Assembly: GCA_965217895.1 (NCBI GenBank)
Contig: CBDCJV010000002.1
Span: 2,176,001-2,240,000, forward strand
DNA length: 64,000 bases
Direction of reading: 5' to 3'
Source: Waterburya sp.
Lineage (GTDB): Bacteria; Cyanobacteriota; Cyanobacteriia; Cyanobacteriales; Xenococcaceae
The notes beneath the pieces were generated by a model that did not search any database, had not been told where the DNA came from, and saw only the letters and a list, made by a program, of their open reading frames with translations. How positions within the stretch are numbered: the stretch's first letter is position 1; every line of letters begins with the position of its first letter. A program made the position numbers and the translations under genes. This document shows, piece by piece, positions 17,830-27,595 of this stretch.

Positions 17830-18423
17830 AAGATTTATTATTTTAAATACTCCACGCAAACGTAATCTATTTAATATTATTGAGTATGTATCAAGATTGA
17901 AACTGGTAATTATTCTATTCTTTTTATATTTTTTAGATAAAGCTTATTGCCCAATTTAAGTAATTTTGCAGTTATAAAAAATGCTTTAAATATTAATTTT
18001 TTAAGAAGTGTAAAAGATAAGTATAAAAGCGTAACCGAAAATATTGAATATAGTACAAAACAATCTAGTTATTACTTAAGTATATGTGCTATCTTATATC
18101 GGAACACTAAGGAATTACATCTACAAAGCAAATGTCGATAATTTTTAAGCATTTATACATACTTTTAATTAAACTACAATAATATTTATCAGTATAAATA
18201 TCTATAAAATTGTCAGACACAAACAGTTTAAAGAGTGATCTAAATTAATTTAATAATTCGACTCAAATTAATTATTCAACATACTAATTGAATTTCGTAA
18301 AACAGATGATGGCTAAATTTTGGAATCAATTTAAGGCAATAATTTTGAAAAATTTTACTTAGTAATAGATAATATTTAGTAAAGAAAAAATATTTATTTA
18401 TCGTTGATATAAATAGAAATGCA

Positions 18424-19296
18424 ATGCAGCTAATTACAGGACAAACAAAGCTTCTAGGAATAATAGGAAACCCCGTAGAACATTCTTTATCTCCAGTGAT
18501 GCACAATGCAGCGATCGCCCATTTAGGCTTAGATTATATTTATGTACCCTTTCCTGTAAAACAGATCGATTTAGAAAAGGCGATCGCTGGATTTGAAGCT
18601 GTTAACTTAAAGGGATTTAGCATTACTATTCCCCATAAACAAACAATTATTCCTTTACTAAAAGAAATTACAGATGATGCAGTTAATATTGGTGCAGTCA
18701 ATACTGTTTGGCGTACTGCTTCTGGTTGGAAAGGCACAAACACAGATGTAGAAGGCTTTGTTGCTCCTCTGAAAAATATGTCGCAAAATTGGCAGCAGAT
18801 GACTCCTGTGATTTTAGGTAATGGCGGTGCAGCTAGAGCGGTGATTGCTGGTTTGGCTAATTTAGGCTGTAAAGAAATTCATGTTGTTGGGCGTAATCCC
18901 GATAAATTAGCTCTATTCTATCAAAGTTGGTCACACGCGCCCAATATTACTTCCCTACTCAAAATTCATAACTGGGATAATCTCACTAGCCTAATTCCTG
19001 CTGCGGATCTACTGGTCAATACAACTCCTGTGGGAATGTCTCCTCAGACAGATGCTTCTCCTATTGATGCAGACTTGATGCAGAGGCTCAAAAAAAGTGC
19101 GATCGCCTATGATTTAATCTATACCCCTAACCCGACTCAATTTCTTAAACTAGCTCAAGCTCAAGGAGCAACAACCATAAATGGATTAGAAATGCTAGTG
19201 CAACAGGGAGTAGCTGCGCTTAAAATTTGGCTAAAGCAACCAGTCCCTATAGATATCATGCGAAATTCACTCCTTAACTTGTTTGCACTTCTTTAA
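18424..19296 (+). CDS. aroE: Shikimate dehydrogenase
   Basis: GNPVEHSLSPVMHN, TIPHK, GAVNT, NTDVEG, GNGGAARA, DLIYTP, GLEMLVQQG. Confidence 0.95.
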   Translation: MQLITGQTKLLGIIGNPVEHSLSPVMHNAAIAHLGLDYIYVPFPVKQIDLEKAIAGFEAVNLKGFSITIPHKQTIIPLLKEITDDAVNIGAVNTVWRTASGWKGTNTDVEGFVAPLKNMSQNWQQMTPVILGNGGAARAVIAGLANLGCKEIHVVGRNPDKLALFYQSWSHAPNITSLLKIHNWDNLTSLIPAADLLVNTTPVGMSPQTDASPIDADLMQRLKKSAIAYDLIYTPNPTQFLKLAQAQGATTINGLEMLVQQGVAALKIWLKQPVPIDIMRNSLLNLFALL

Positions 19297-19330
19297 TTAA
19301 AATTTTCTTTGGCGTAAGTCCTATTGATAA

Positions 19331-20191
19331 TTAATTGTTAGTTGTTAGAGAGTAATTATGAGGCTGTAAAAATTCTCTGACGGTTTCTAGATATGCTGCG
19401 GGATCTTCTAGCATGGGAAAGTGAGAAGTTTTAGGTAGTTCGACATATTTAATTTTGTCGTTTAAGGCTGCTGCTTGTTTACCCATTACCGCAGGTATAA
19501 TAATGTCTTTTTCGCCAGACACCATGAGAGTTGGTACGGTGATTTGAGCAAATTCTTGAGGCATAATTTCTACAGCCTTTTGGCTGACAGAGGTGTAGAT
19601 TGTTCCTGCTGCTGCATCATAATCGGCTAACAAAAAATCTTCTAAAAATGCCAGGCGATCGCTTTTGTTGATTGGACGATGGAGAAATCGCGCCATAAAC
19701 ATTTGATCGGCAAAAGGAAATTTCAAAAACCAGCTATAGCGAAACTTAACCACGTATCCACCAAATTTATGAAAAGCAGCAAAGGCTTTGGCATCATATT
19801 CAAAAATACCGTTACAGGTAAGAATTGCTGCCTGGACGCGATCGCCATAACGATTGAGAAACATAGTAGCGATCGAAGCACCCATGGAGTGAGCATTGAT
19901 ATATACCCGCTCAAGCCCTAAAGCATCTAATAAAGCTGCTAAATCTGCTGCATAGTCTTCCATGTCATAACCTAAGCCTACGGGTTCTTGAGGCAAAGAA
20001 GAACGACCAAAACCCCGCAGATCGTAAAGTAGACAATCAAAATCGTCTGCTAAAGCCTCGGCGGTACTACGCCAATATCTTGCCGAACCTCCCCAGCCGT
20101 GAACAAATACCATTACAGGCTTAGGGTTAGCTTGCTGATGACGAACCCATTCATAATAATGACTTACTCCACGGACGACTACTGTAGGCAT
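19331..20191 (-). CDS. Alpha/beta fold hydrolase
   Basis: VHGWGGS, DLRGFGRS, nucleophile AHSMG, GEKD, HFPMLE. Confidence 0.9.
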   Translation of the reverse strand: MPTVVVRGVSHYYEWVRHQQANPKPVMVFVHGWGGSARYWRSTAEALADDFDCLLYDLRGFGRSSLPQEPVGLGYDMEDYAADLAALLDALGLERVYINAHSMGASIATMFLNRYGDRVQAAILTCNGIFEYDAKAFAAFHKFGGYVVKFRYSWFLKFPFADQMFMARFLHRPINKSDRLAFLEDFLLADYDAAAGTIYTSVSQKAVEIMPQEFAQITVPTLMVSGEKDIIIPAVMGKQAAALNDKIKYVELPKTSHFPMLEDPAAYLETVREFLQPHNYSLTTNN

Positions 20192-20306
20192 ATTATTGTT
20201 AATATTGTGGCTGCTTGATATTTAGTCTAGAACTTAGGATCGGCATATTTCTGGTTGTTTTAATTGTCTTAACATTGGAGATTTTAAACATGGGATCTAC
20301 AACAAT

Positions 20307-21107
20307 TTATGGTGATCTAAACAAACTAATCGAATCCAAATCACAAAATAATGTCGCCTGGGGTTGTTGGCGTAAAATGGTTGCAGGAAAATTAGGCGCG
20401 ATCGCCCGAGTTAAAGTTTTCTCAACTACTCCTGCTTTATGACTTCCCACCGCTAAACAAAAGATCTTCTTTGCTGCACAAATTGTCGGGATAGTCAGAG
20501 TATAGGCATAACCAGGTACAGCATCTAAATTGGGAAAGCAACCACCATTAACCTGTTGTTGACGGGTTTTAGTTTCTAGCTGGGCTAGCTTTACTATGTA
20601 AATATCGTTAAAATCGGCAACGGTAGGCTCATTAAAAGCAATGTGTCCATTGTCGCCAATGCCTAACAAGCAAAGGTCAATTTCCTGCTGCTGTAATAAA
20701 TTAGCATAACGCAGACATTCGGTTAAGGGTTCTGGTGCATCACCTTGAATATAGTGAAATATAAAAGGCTGAACTCGCTTTTCTAGCTTATGGTGCAAAT
20801 AATAACGAAAACTTCCAGGATGATCTGCGCTAATGCCTAAATATTCATCTAGATGGAACAGAGTTATACGTGACCAATCTAATTTATCTTGAGAAGCTAT
20901 TTCACTCAAAAACTGTAGCTGAGAGTTACCCGTTGCTAGAATAATACTTACTGTTTCTTGTTGTGCCAACAGCGATCGCAAATAATTTTGAGCTTGATTA
21001 GCTGCATCGTTAGTAAACTCAGTGGCAGAAACGGCAATTCTGACAGATAAATCATCAACTTTAATAACCTGAGTATCCAAAAGAGATGGTACAGTACGAT
21101 CTGTCAT
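20307..21107 (-). CDS. nagB: Glucosamine-6-phosphate deaminase family protein
   Basis: LATGNS, FHLDEY, LGIGDNGHIAFNEP, PATIL. Confidence 0.88.
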   Translation of the reverse strand: MTDRTVPSLLDTQVIKVDDLSVRIAVSATEFTNDAANQAQNYLRSLLAQQETVSIILATGNSQLQFLSEIASQDKLDWSRITLFHLDEYLGISADHPGSFRYYLHHKLEKRVQPFIFHYIQGDAPEPLTECLRYANLLQQQEIDLCLLGIGDNGHIAFNEPTVADFNDIYIVKLAQLETKTRQQQVNGGCFPNLDAVPGYAYTLTIPTICAAKKIFCLAVGSHKAGVVEKTLTRAIAPNFPATILRQQPQATLFCDLDSISLFRSP

Positions 21108-21136
21108 ATTTAGTAAATCTGATTCTAAAGCAGAAC

Positions 21137-21619
21137 ATGAGTAATATATCCGATATAGCTATAAAAAACATCGATGGTGATGAAGAAAAATTTGCCGACT
21201 ATAGAGGCATGGTCTTGTTAATTGTTAACGTTGCTTCTTACTGTGGCTATACTCCCCAATACCAAGGACTAGAAGAGTTGAATCAAGAATATGGCGATAA
21301 AGGTTTACGAGTTCTGGGTTTTCCCTGTAATGATTTTGGCTCTCAAGAACCAGGTTCAAACGAAGAGATTGCCGAATTTTGTGAAACTAAATACGGTGTC
21401 AGCTTCGATATGTTTGATAAAGTTCATGCCAAGGGTTCTAAGCAACATCCTTTATATCAAATTCTAACTAATTCTGTTGAACCTCAAGGAGATGTAGCCT
21501 GGAACTTTGAAAAGTTTTTGATCGACAAAAAAGGTGAGGTGGTGGCAAGATTTGGTAGTGGCGTTACTCCTACTTCTTCTGAATTAGTTCAAGCCATTGA
21601 AGCAGAATTGGCAAAGTAA
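21137..21619 (+). CDS. gpx: Glutathione peroxidase (Cys-type)
   Basis: NVASYCGYTPQY, GFPCNDFGSQEPG, WNFEKFL. ATG 21137 chosen because 21086 overlaps nagB. Confidence 0.93.
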   Translation: MSNISDIAIKNIDGDEEKFADYRGMVLLIVNVASYCGYTPQYQGLEELNQEYGDKGLRVLGFPCNDFGSQEPGSNEEIAEFCETKYGVSFDMFDKVHAKGSKQHPLYQILTNSVEPQGDVAWNFEKFLIDKKGEVVARFGSGVTPTSSELVQAIEAELAK

Positions 21620-21929
21620 ATGTTATTAGAATAAATGTTTCTTAGGCGATCGCTTTTCTGGTCAAAAAGCTCTCAGCTTGACCACAGGAAAAAGCTAAAA
21701 ACTTTTTACTTGCGTCTAAAATCGGCGGAGCTTTTGACTCATATTTAGGATTATATTTTTTTCGATAAGATATATCTCTTCCAAATCAATGTATAAAATT
21801 TGTTTTGTTTTCGTAAAGTAATTTTAAAGTTTTTATTTAGAATTGCTAATTTGTTTATCTGTTTCTAGATTATTTGATTTTAATAAGACATACTAATATA
21901 TATAGGGATAGGTTGTAGAGGAATTAGCG

Positions 21930-22082
21930 ATGTTAGAAAGAATGATATTAGCAGCAATCATAACGTGCTGCATATATTTGTTTTTAAATTTGGGTGGCAA
22001 ATCATCCAATGCACCATCTTTTGATAGCAAAAACGTTACATTTCCAGCCCTTTTACATCGTGTTGCCTTTTTTAATCTGTAG
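21930..22082 (+). CDS. Small membrane-anchored protein, 50 aa (not in the ORF track)
   Basis: GAGGAA RBS, then MLERMILAAIITCCIYLFLNLGGKSSNAPSFDSKNVTFPALLHRVAFFNL* with a hydrophobic N-terminal helix. Confidence 0.6.
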   Translation: MLERMILAAIITCCIYLFLNLGGKSSNAPSFDSKNVTFPALLHRVAFFNL

Positions 22083-22426
22083 CCAAACAGTTAGTTTCAA
22101 CCGAAGTTTTAAGGCGATTTTTCATGTTTTTAGATAATCAAGACCTGAAAACTATCAAATACAGTAATTATTTCGGTTCGTATACTGATAAATCATTAAT
22201 TCAAGATTACTACTTTTCATTGTCTATTTTCAAGGCAGGTTTACAGTATTTCTGAATTGTTTTCCTAAGAAAAATAGCCAGAAAAGGCGATCGCTCGATC
22301 CGCTCGACAATTTGAATGTCTTAAATAGCTCTTTTTCCTCATCCCTCATTCCTTTAAAACCCTGGTACTTTTTTGTGCGATAATCCATAAAAGAATAATA
22401 TTTTAATATTTGCTTAATATAAAGCA

Positions 22427-22822
22427 ATGAATGAGCCAGCCAAAGAACAATCAAACCCAGAAGAAAATCTAGCCAAACAGACTTCCTCACAAGAGAAAAC
22501 CCTGGCAGAACAAGCCCCATCAAGCTATGAATGTCGCTCTTGTGGTTATGTTTACGTACCATCCAAAGGGGATAATCAAGGGAATGTTCCCGCAGGAACT
22601 CTGTTTACAGAACTACCGAATGACTGGCGTTGTCCTGTCTGCGGTGTACGTAAAACTCAATTTGTTAATGTTGGCGCTCAAGGCGCACCATCTGGCTTTG
22701 CTGAGAATTTAAATTATGGCTTAGGAGTTAATCGTCTGACTCCTGCCCAAAAAAATCTTTTAATTTTTGGTGCTTTAGGTTTAGGCTTTTTGTTATTCCT
22801 GAGCTTATATGGCTTACACTAG
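22427..22822 (+). CDS. rubA: Membrane-anchored rubredoxin
   Basis: CRSCGY...WRCPVC with a C-terminal TM helix; upstream of ycf48-psbEFLJ. Confidence 0.93.
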   Translation: MNEPAKEQSNPEENLAKQTSSQEKTLAEQAPSSYECRSCGYVYVPSKGDNQGNVPAGTLFTELPNDWRCPVCGVRKTQFVNVGAQGAPSGFAENLNYGLGVNRLTPAQKNLLIFGALGLGFLLFLSLYGLH

Positions 22823-22870
22823 CAATTTTATTTCCATGGCTGCGGTTTAGAGAAAGTCATTTTAGTCAAC

Positions 22871-23977
22871 TTGTCTCTCGAATTTGCTGCTTATCTGCCT
22901 CAATTAATCACAACAACATTTATGAATTTATTGATTCAAGCACGTAGTTGGATGTATGCCATAAAACAACGCATTTCCTACGTTAAAAACTTAAAGCAAG
23001 TAGCTATATTATTTGCAGTTTGTATATTTTGTATTAGCTGTAGCCAAGTGCCTTCAACCACCGCTAATCCTTGGAAAACAATGACTCTACCAACGGAAGC
23101 CATTTTTTCTGATATTGCTTTTACTAGTAATAGCGATCGCGGTTGGTTAGTGGGAACTCAATCCAGCTTGTTTGAAACCAAAGACGGTGGCGAAACCTGG
23201 TCGCAGCAATCTTTAGAATTAGGAGAAGAAAAGGTAACTCTAGAAGCCATCAGTTTTGATGGTGATGAAGGCTGGATTGCTGGTCAACCATCTATTTTGC
23301 TACACACAGAAGATGGCGGTGATAGTTGGTCGCGTATTCCTCTTAGTGCTAAACTTCCTGGCGCACCTCTTGATATCATTGCTTTAGATAAGTCTACCGC
23401 AGAGATGGTAACCAATCTAGGGGCAATCTATAAAACCGAAGACGGTGGTAAAAACTGGAAGGCTTTAGTAGAAGGTTCAGTAGGGGTAGCCAGAAGTATT
23501 CATCGCTCTAACAATGGTAAATATGTAGCTGTTTCTGCCAAGGGTAATTTTTACTCTACTTGGGAACCAGGTCAAACCGAATGGACTCCGCACCAGAGAA
23601 CCTCATCTCGTCGTCTGCAAAATATGGGCTTTAACGATGATGAAAGTCTCTGGTTGCTGGCTCGTGGCGGTCAGGTTCAGTTTAGCAAATCAGACAACTA
23701 TGAAGAATGGGGAGAACCTATCTATCCTGAATTTTCCTCTAGCTGGGGCTTTTTGGATGTTGGTTATCGTACTCCCGAAGAGATTTGGGTAGCGGGAGGA
23801 AGTGCTAATCTATTAGTAAGTCCTGATGGTGGTCAAACCTGGTCAAAAGACCGTGATGTAGAAGACGCGCCCTCTAATTTTTATAAGGTAGTATTTATTT
23901 CACCACAAAAAGGCTTTGTTTTGGGTGAGCGAGGAACACTACTGAAATACGTGCCTGAAGCTGGTACTGCTGCCTAA
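22871..23977 (+). CDS. ycf48: Photosystem II assembly factor Ycf48 (true start probably further downstream)
   Basis: BNR repeats (T.DGG..W), SRRLQNMG, and operon context. Confidence 0.93.
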   Translation: MSLEFAAYLPQLITTTFMNLLIQARSWMYAIKQRISYVKNLKQVAILFAVCIFCISCSQVPSTTANPWKTMTLPTEAIFSDIAFTSNSDRGWLVGTQSSLFETKDGGETWSQQSLELGEEKVTLEAISFDGDEGWIAGQPSILLHTEDGGDSWSRIPLSAKLPGAPLDIIALDKSTAEMVTNLGAIYKTEDGGKNWKALVEGSVGVARSIHRSNNGKYVAVSAKGNFYSTWEPGQTEWTPHQRTSSRRLQNMGFNDDESLWLLARGGQVQFSKSDNYEEWGEPIYPEFSSSWGFLDVGYRTPEEIWVAGGSANLLVSPDGGQTWSKDRDVEDAPSNFYKVVFISPQKGFVLGERGTLLKYVPEAGTAA

Positions 23978-24082
23978 TTACTTTAGGTAAGTTGTAGGCA
24001 GTTACCTTTGTTTCGTATTATGTAAATAAGGCTTTTAATATTCACAAGGCTTGAAAACTTTTAATAAGGAGAAATAGAAAAT

Positions 24083-24328
24083 ATGGCTGGAGATACTGGA
24101 GAACGTCCATTTTCCGATATTATTACAAGCGTTCGCTACTGGGTAATCCACAGCGTTACAATTCCCATGCTGTTTATAGCTGGATGGCTCTTTGTTAGCA
24201 CTGGGCTGGCTTATGATGCTTTTGGTACTCCTCGTCCTGATGAGTACTTTACCCAAGAACGAATTGAAATTCCTGTGATTAGCGATCGCTATGATGCTAA
24301 AGAGCAAATCAAAGAATTTAATCAGTAA
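24083..24328 (+). CDS. psbE: Cytochrome b559 alpha subunit
   Basis: [19 protein letters not shown]...[10 protein letters not shown]. Confidence 0.98.
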   Translation: MAGDTGERPFSDIITSVRYWVIHSVTIPMLFIAGWLFVSTGLAYDAFGTPRPDEYFTQERIEIPVISDRYDAKEQIKEFNQ

Positions 24329-24345
24329 AAATTAAGTAAAAAAAT

Positions 24346-24480
24346 ATGACCAGCAATAACCCCAATCAACCCGTTTCTTACCCCATCTTTACCGTTAGAT
24401 GGTTGGCAATTCACACTCTAGCCGTACCAACTGTTTTTTTTCTTGGTGCGATCGCCTCTATGCAATTTATTCAAAGATAG
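24346..24480 (+). CDS. psbF: Cytochrome b559 beta subunit
   Basis: [44 protein letters not shown] (translated by hand). Confidence 0.97.
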   Translation: MTSNNPNQPVSYPIFTVRWLAIHTLAVPTVFFLGAIASMQFIQR

Positions 24481-24489
24481 GAGTTAATC

Positions 24490-24609
24490 ATGGAAAGAAA
24501 GCAAAATACCAATAGACAACCAGTAGAGCTAAACCGTACTTCTCTTTACTTGGGTTTACTTTTAATTGCTGTTCTAGGTATTCTCTTCTCTAGTTACTTC
24601 TTTAACTAG
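24490..24609 (+). CDS. psbL: Photosystem II protein L
   Basis: [39 protein letters not shown]. Confidence 0.97.
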   Translation: MERKQNTNRQPVELNRTSLYLGLLLIAVLGILFSSYFFN

Positions 24610-24665
24610 AGAAGTGACCTGAACAGCTTATTTCAATATTCATAACAAGAGGAGAATTAAAAAGA

Positions 24666-24785
24666 ATGTTTGCAAATGGAAGAATTCCCATATGGATTGT
24701 TGCCACCGTAGCTGGCATAGGCGCAATCACCGTTGTCGGTATCTTTTTCTACGGTTCTTATGGTGGTGTTGGCTCTGGAATGTAG
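24666..24785 (+). CDS. psbJ: Photosystem II protein J
   Basis: [39 protein letters not shown]. Confidence 0.96.
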   Translation: MFANGRIPIWIVATVAGIGAITVVGIFFYGSYGGVGSGM

Positions 24786-24837
24786 AGTTATTCGCGATCG
24801 AGCTACACCTTGAAAGGTAGAATTAGTTATGTAACGA

Positions 24838-24871
24838 ACCGCCTAGTATCTTTACTCGGCGGTATTTTTTT
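24838..24871 (+). terminator. psbEFLJ terminator
   Basis: accgcc...ggcggt stem followed by a T-run. Confidence 0.75.
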
Positions 24872-25008
24872 GGCTGTTGTTCATTTATCGTTTATAGATA
24901 AGTACCTAAGCAAAATTAAGAAGTAAGAAGTAGTAATTTACAAAATGTCAAGCACGTTTATAGTTAATGCTATACTTCTCGCTCCGATTAAAAGCATAAC
25001 TCAAAGAG

Positions 25009-26379
25009 TTATTTGCCAATACAAAAACGGCTAAAAATACGCTCTAATACAGACTCGGTAACTTCTTCTCCTGTAATTTCTCCTAAAGCCTGAATTGCGC
25101 CTCTTAGATCTATTGTCCAGAAGTCAAGGGGAAGTTGGTTGGCAACAGTCTCTTGTACCTGCTCTAAAGATGCTTTGGCTCGAACCAAAGCAGCAGCCTG
25201 CCTTTGATTTACGGCTATCTCAGCATTAGCAGCAGTTGCTCCTTGATTAACTAAAGACAAAATAGCTTTTTCCAAGTCTTCAATTCCCTTATAGTTAGCT
25301 GCGCTGGTATGAACTATCTGCTTAATTTCTGGGGGATAGACATCTTGAGGAATAGCTAAATCAGTTTTATTAATTACTAAAATAAGGGGTCGGTGTTTTA
25401 CCTGCTGATAGATTGCCCGATCTTCTATTGTCCAGCCTCTAGCTGCATCGATGGTCAACAAAATCAAGTCTGCTTTGGCTGCTGCGGTGCGCGATCGCTC
25501 TACGCCAATTTTTTCTACCGTATCGGCAGTATCTCTAATACCTGCGGTGTCTAATACCTGAACAGGAATTCCTCCCACAACTAAAGTAGATTCAATCACG
25601 TCGCGGGTAGTACCAGGAAGCTCGGTTACTATGGCGCGATCGCTTTTACTCCAGGCATTGAGCAAGCTAGATTTGCCAACATTTGGACAGCCAACGATGG
25701 CAACTTTTAAACCACTCCTCAGTAATTCGCCTTGCTCGGCGGTGGCTAATATATTCTCTACCTGAGTCAAAACAGCCTGTATTTGTTGTTTGGTTTCCGC
25801 TTCATCTAATGGCGGTAAATCATCTTCAAAATCGATGCGAGCTTCTACCTCTGCCAAAATATCAAGACAGGCAGCCCGCAACTCGCCTATAGGACTGCTT
25901 AATTTTCCCTGTATTCCTGCTAAAGCTAATTGGGATGCTTCAACTGACTGGGCAGCAACAAGTTCGGCAATACTTTCAGCCTGGGTTAGATCGATTCTGC
26001 CGTTGAGAAAAGCTCTTAAGCTAAACTCACCTGGCTGTGCCAATCTTGCTCCTTGAGCAATACACAATTGTAAAACTGCTTGAACTGCCATGATGCCTCC
26101 GTGACAGTGAAATTCAACTACATCTTCACGGGTAAAAGAACGAGGCGCAAGCATTAATAATAGTAGTGCTTCATCTATAGTCTGATTAGTTAAGGGATGC
26201 TGAACATAGCCATAAATAATTCGATGAGTTGACCAATCTTGTTTTCCTGGTGCAAAGAATAGGGCTTTAGCGATCGCTAAAGCTTTTGCTCCTGATAAAC
26301 GAACTATGCCGACGCTGCCCTGCTGAGGTACAATTGCCGTGGCGATCGCTACTATAGTTTCTCCCTGAATTAAAGACAT
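25009..26379 (-). CDS. mnmE: tRNA modification GTPase MnmE
   Basis: [38 protein letters not shown]-terminal FCIGK. Confidence 0.97.
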   Translation of the reverse strand: MSLIQGETIVAIATAIVPQQGSVGIVRLSGAKALAIAKALFFAPGKQDWSTHRIIYGYVQHPLTNQTIDEALLLLMLAPRSFTREDVVEFHCHGGIMAVQAVLQLCIAQGARLAQPGEFSLRAFLNGRIDLTQAESIAELVAAQSVEASQLALAGIQGKLSSPIGELRAACLDILAEVEARIDFEDDLPPLDEAETKQQIQAVLTQVENILATAEQGELLRSGLKVAIVGCPNVGKSSLLNAWSKSDRAIVTELPGTTRDVIESTLVVGGIPVQVLDTAGIRDTADTVEKIGVERSRTAAAKADLILLTIDAARGWTIEDRAIYQQVKHRPLILVINKTDLAIPQDVYPPEIKQIVHTSAANYKGIEDLEKAILSLVNQGATAANAEIAVNQRQAAALVRAKASLEQVQETVANQLPLDFWTIDLRGAIQALGEITGEEVTESVLERIFSRFCIGK

Positions 26380-26486
26380 TTAATCTGCCTGATGTGAACT
26401 AGCCTTTTAGATTACATAGTAACCTTTCAAAGCCTTTGTTCTTGTTGTATAAAGATAATAGGTAATTAGGTTATAGGTTGTAGGTT

Positions 26487-27161
26487 ATGAAAAAAGCAGT
26501 AGTTTTACTTTCTGGAGGTTTAGACTCGGCTACCACTGCTGCAATAGCAATTGAGAAAGGTTATCAGTTAATTGCTCTTTCTTTTCGTTATGGTCAAAAA
26601 CATCATAAAGAGTTAAAGTCTGCCAAAAAAATTGCCGCTGCCCTCAATATCCAGAAACACTTTATTGTCGATGTTAATTTGTCTCAATGGGGTGGATCTT
26701 CATTAACTGATGACTCGATGACTATTCCTCAAGCTGGTTTGCAAGCAGATGTAATTCCCTCTACCTATGTACCAGGGCGCAACACGGTTTTTATTGCGAT
26801 TGCTCTTTCTTTAGCCGAAGCTCAAAATGCTCAAGCAATTTACCTGGGCATTAATGCAGTGGATTACTCTGGCTACCCTGATTGTCGCCCCGAATATTTG
26901 CAGTCGTATCAACACTTAGCCAATTTATCATCTAAAGCTGGAATTGAAGGTCATGCCCCGCAGCTAATTGCTCCTTTGGTGGAAGATTCTAAAACAGATA
27001 TCGTCCGTCGCGCCCTAAGTTTGAATGTTCCCATTGCCGATACTTGGTCGTGTTATCAAGGTGGAGATACCCCTTGCGGTTTATGTGATTCTTGTCGAAT
27101 ACGCGATCGCGCTTTAATTGAAGTCGGACGCTCTGATTTGGTTACTCAAGCACTGAATTAA
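26487..27161 (+). CDS. queC: 7-cyano-7-deazaguanine synthase
   Basis: [25 protein letters not shown]...CGLCDSC. Confidence 0.97.
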   Translation: MKKAVVLLSGGLDSATTAAIAIEKGYQLIALSFRYGQKHHKELKSAKKIAAALNIQKHFIVDVNLSQWGGSSLTDDSMTIPQAGLQADVIPSTYVPGRNTVFIAIALSLAEAQNAQAIYLGINAVDYSGYPDCRPEYLQSYQHLANLSSKAGIEGHAPQLIAPLVEDSKTDIVRRALSLNVPIADTWSCYQGGDTPCGLCDSCRIRDRALIEVGRSDLVTQALN

Positions 27162-27242
27162 CTTGGCGTGGAGACAATAATGTAATAATGTTTATTATTA
27201 CGCCCACCAAACCCAAATTATTGATTGTCTGGTTTTTAATTT

Positions 27243-27302
27243 GGTGGGCAAATCTTTTTGTCTGAAATGCTCTTCTGTCTTCTAACTTTTTGCCCACCCT
27301 AC
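27243..27302. repeat. REP-like inverted repeat GGTGGGCAA...TTGCCCACCCTAC, second copy
   Basis: Same arms as 1467-1528 with a different spacer; an extra GCCCACC arm lies near 27202. Confidence 0.7.
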
Positions 27303-27595
27303 AGTAAAACTATTAGCGTGTTTACTTGTTGAGCAAGCAAGCGTCAAATTTTTCTTAATTTGAGGTTTCTTTGGCGATCGCACTTTATGGTAAAATTATT
27401 TTCATAATGGGTGTGGTGACTTCAATATCTAACTCCAAATCTTCCCATTATGAAAGCTTCAATTTCAATTAAATCACGTTTGGCGATCGCTAGTCAAGAT
27501 TTTTGGCGTTTTTTTCTAGAAACGCGAAATTCTCTAAAATGGTGACAAGATTTTATAGTTCCCCATTACAAGAAAGTTAAAATTAATGCAGAGTG

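Noticed and set aside
17947..18506. Short ORFs in the AT-rich gap before aroE
   Set aside because: TTG or antisense starts, no RBS, and low-complexity composition; probably non-coding.
22230..22562. 110-aa minus-strand ORF overlapping rubA
   Set aside because: Antisense to rubA and without recognisable motifs.
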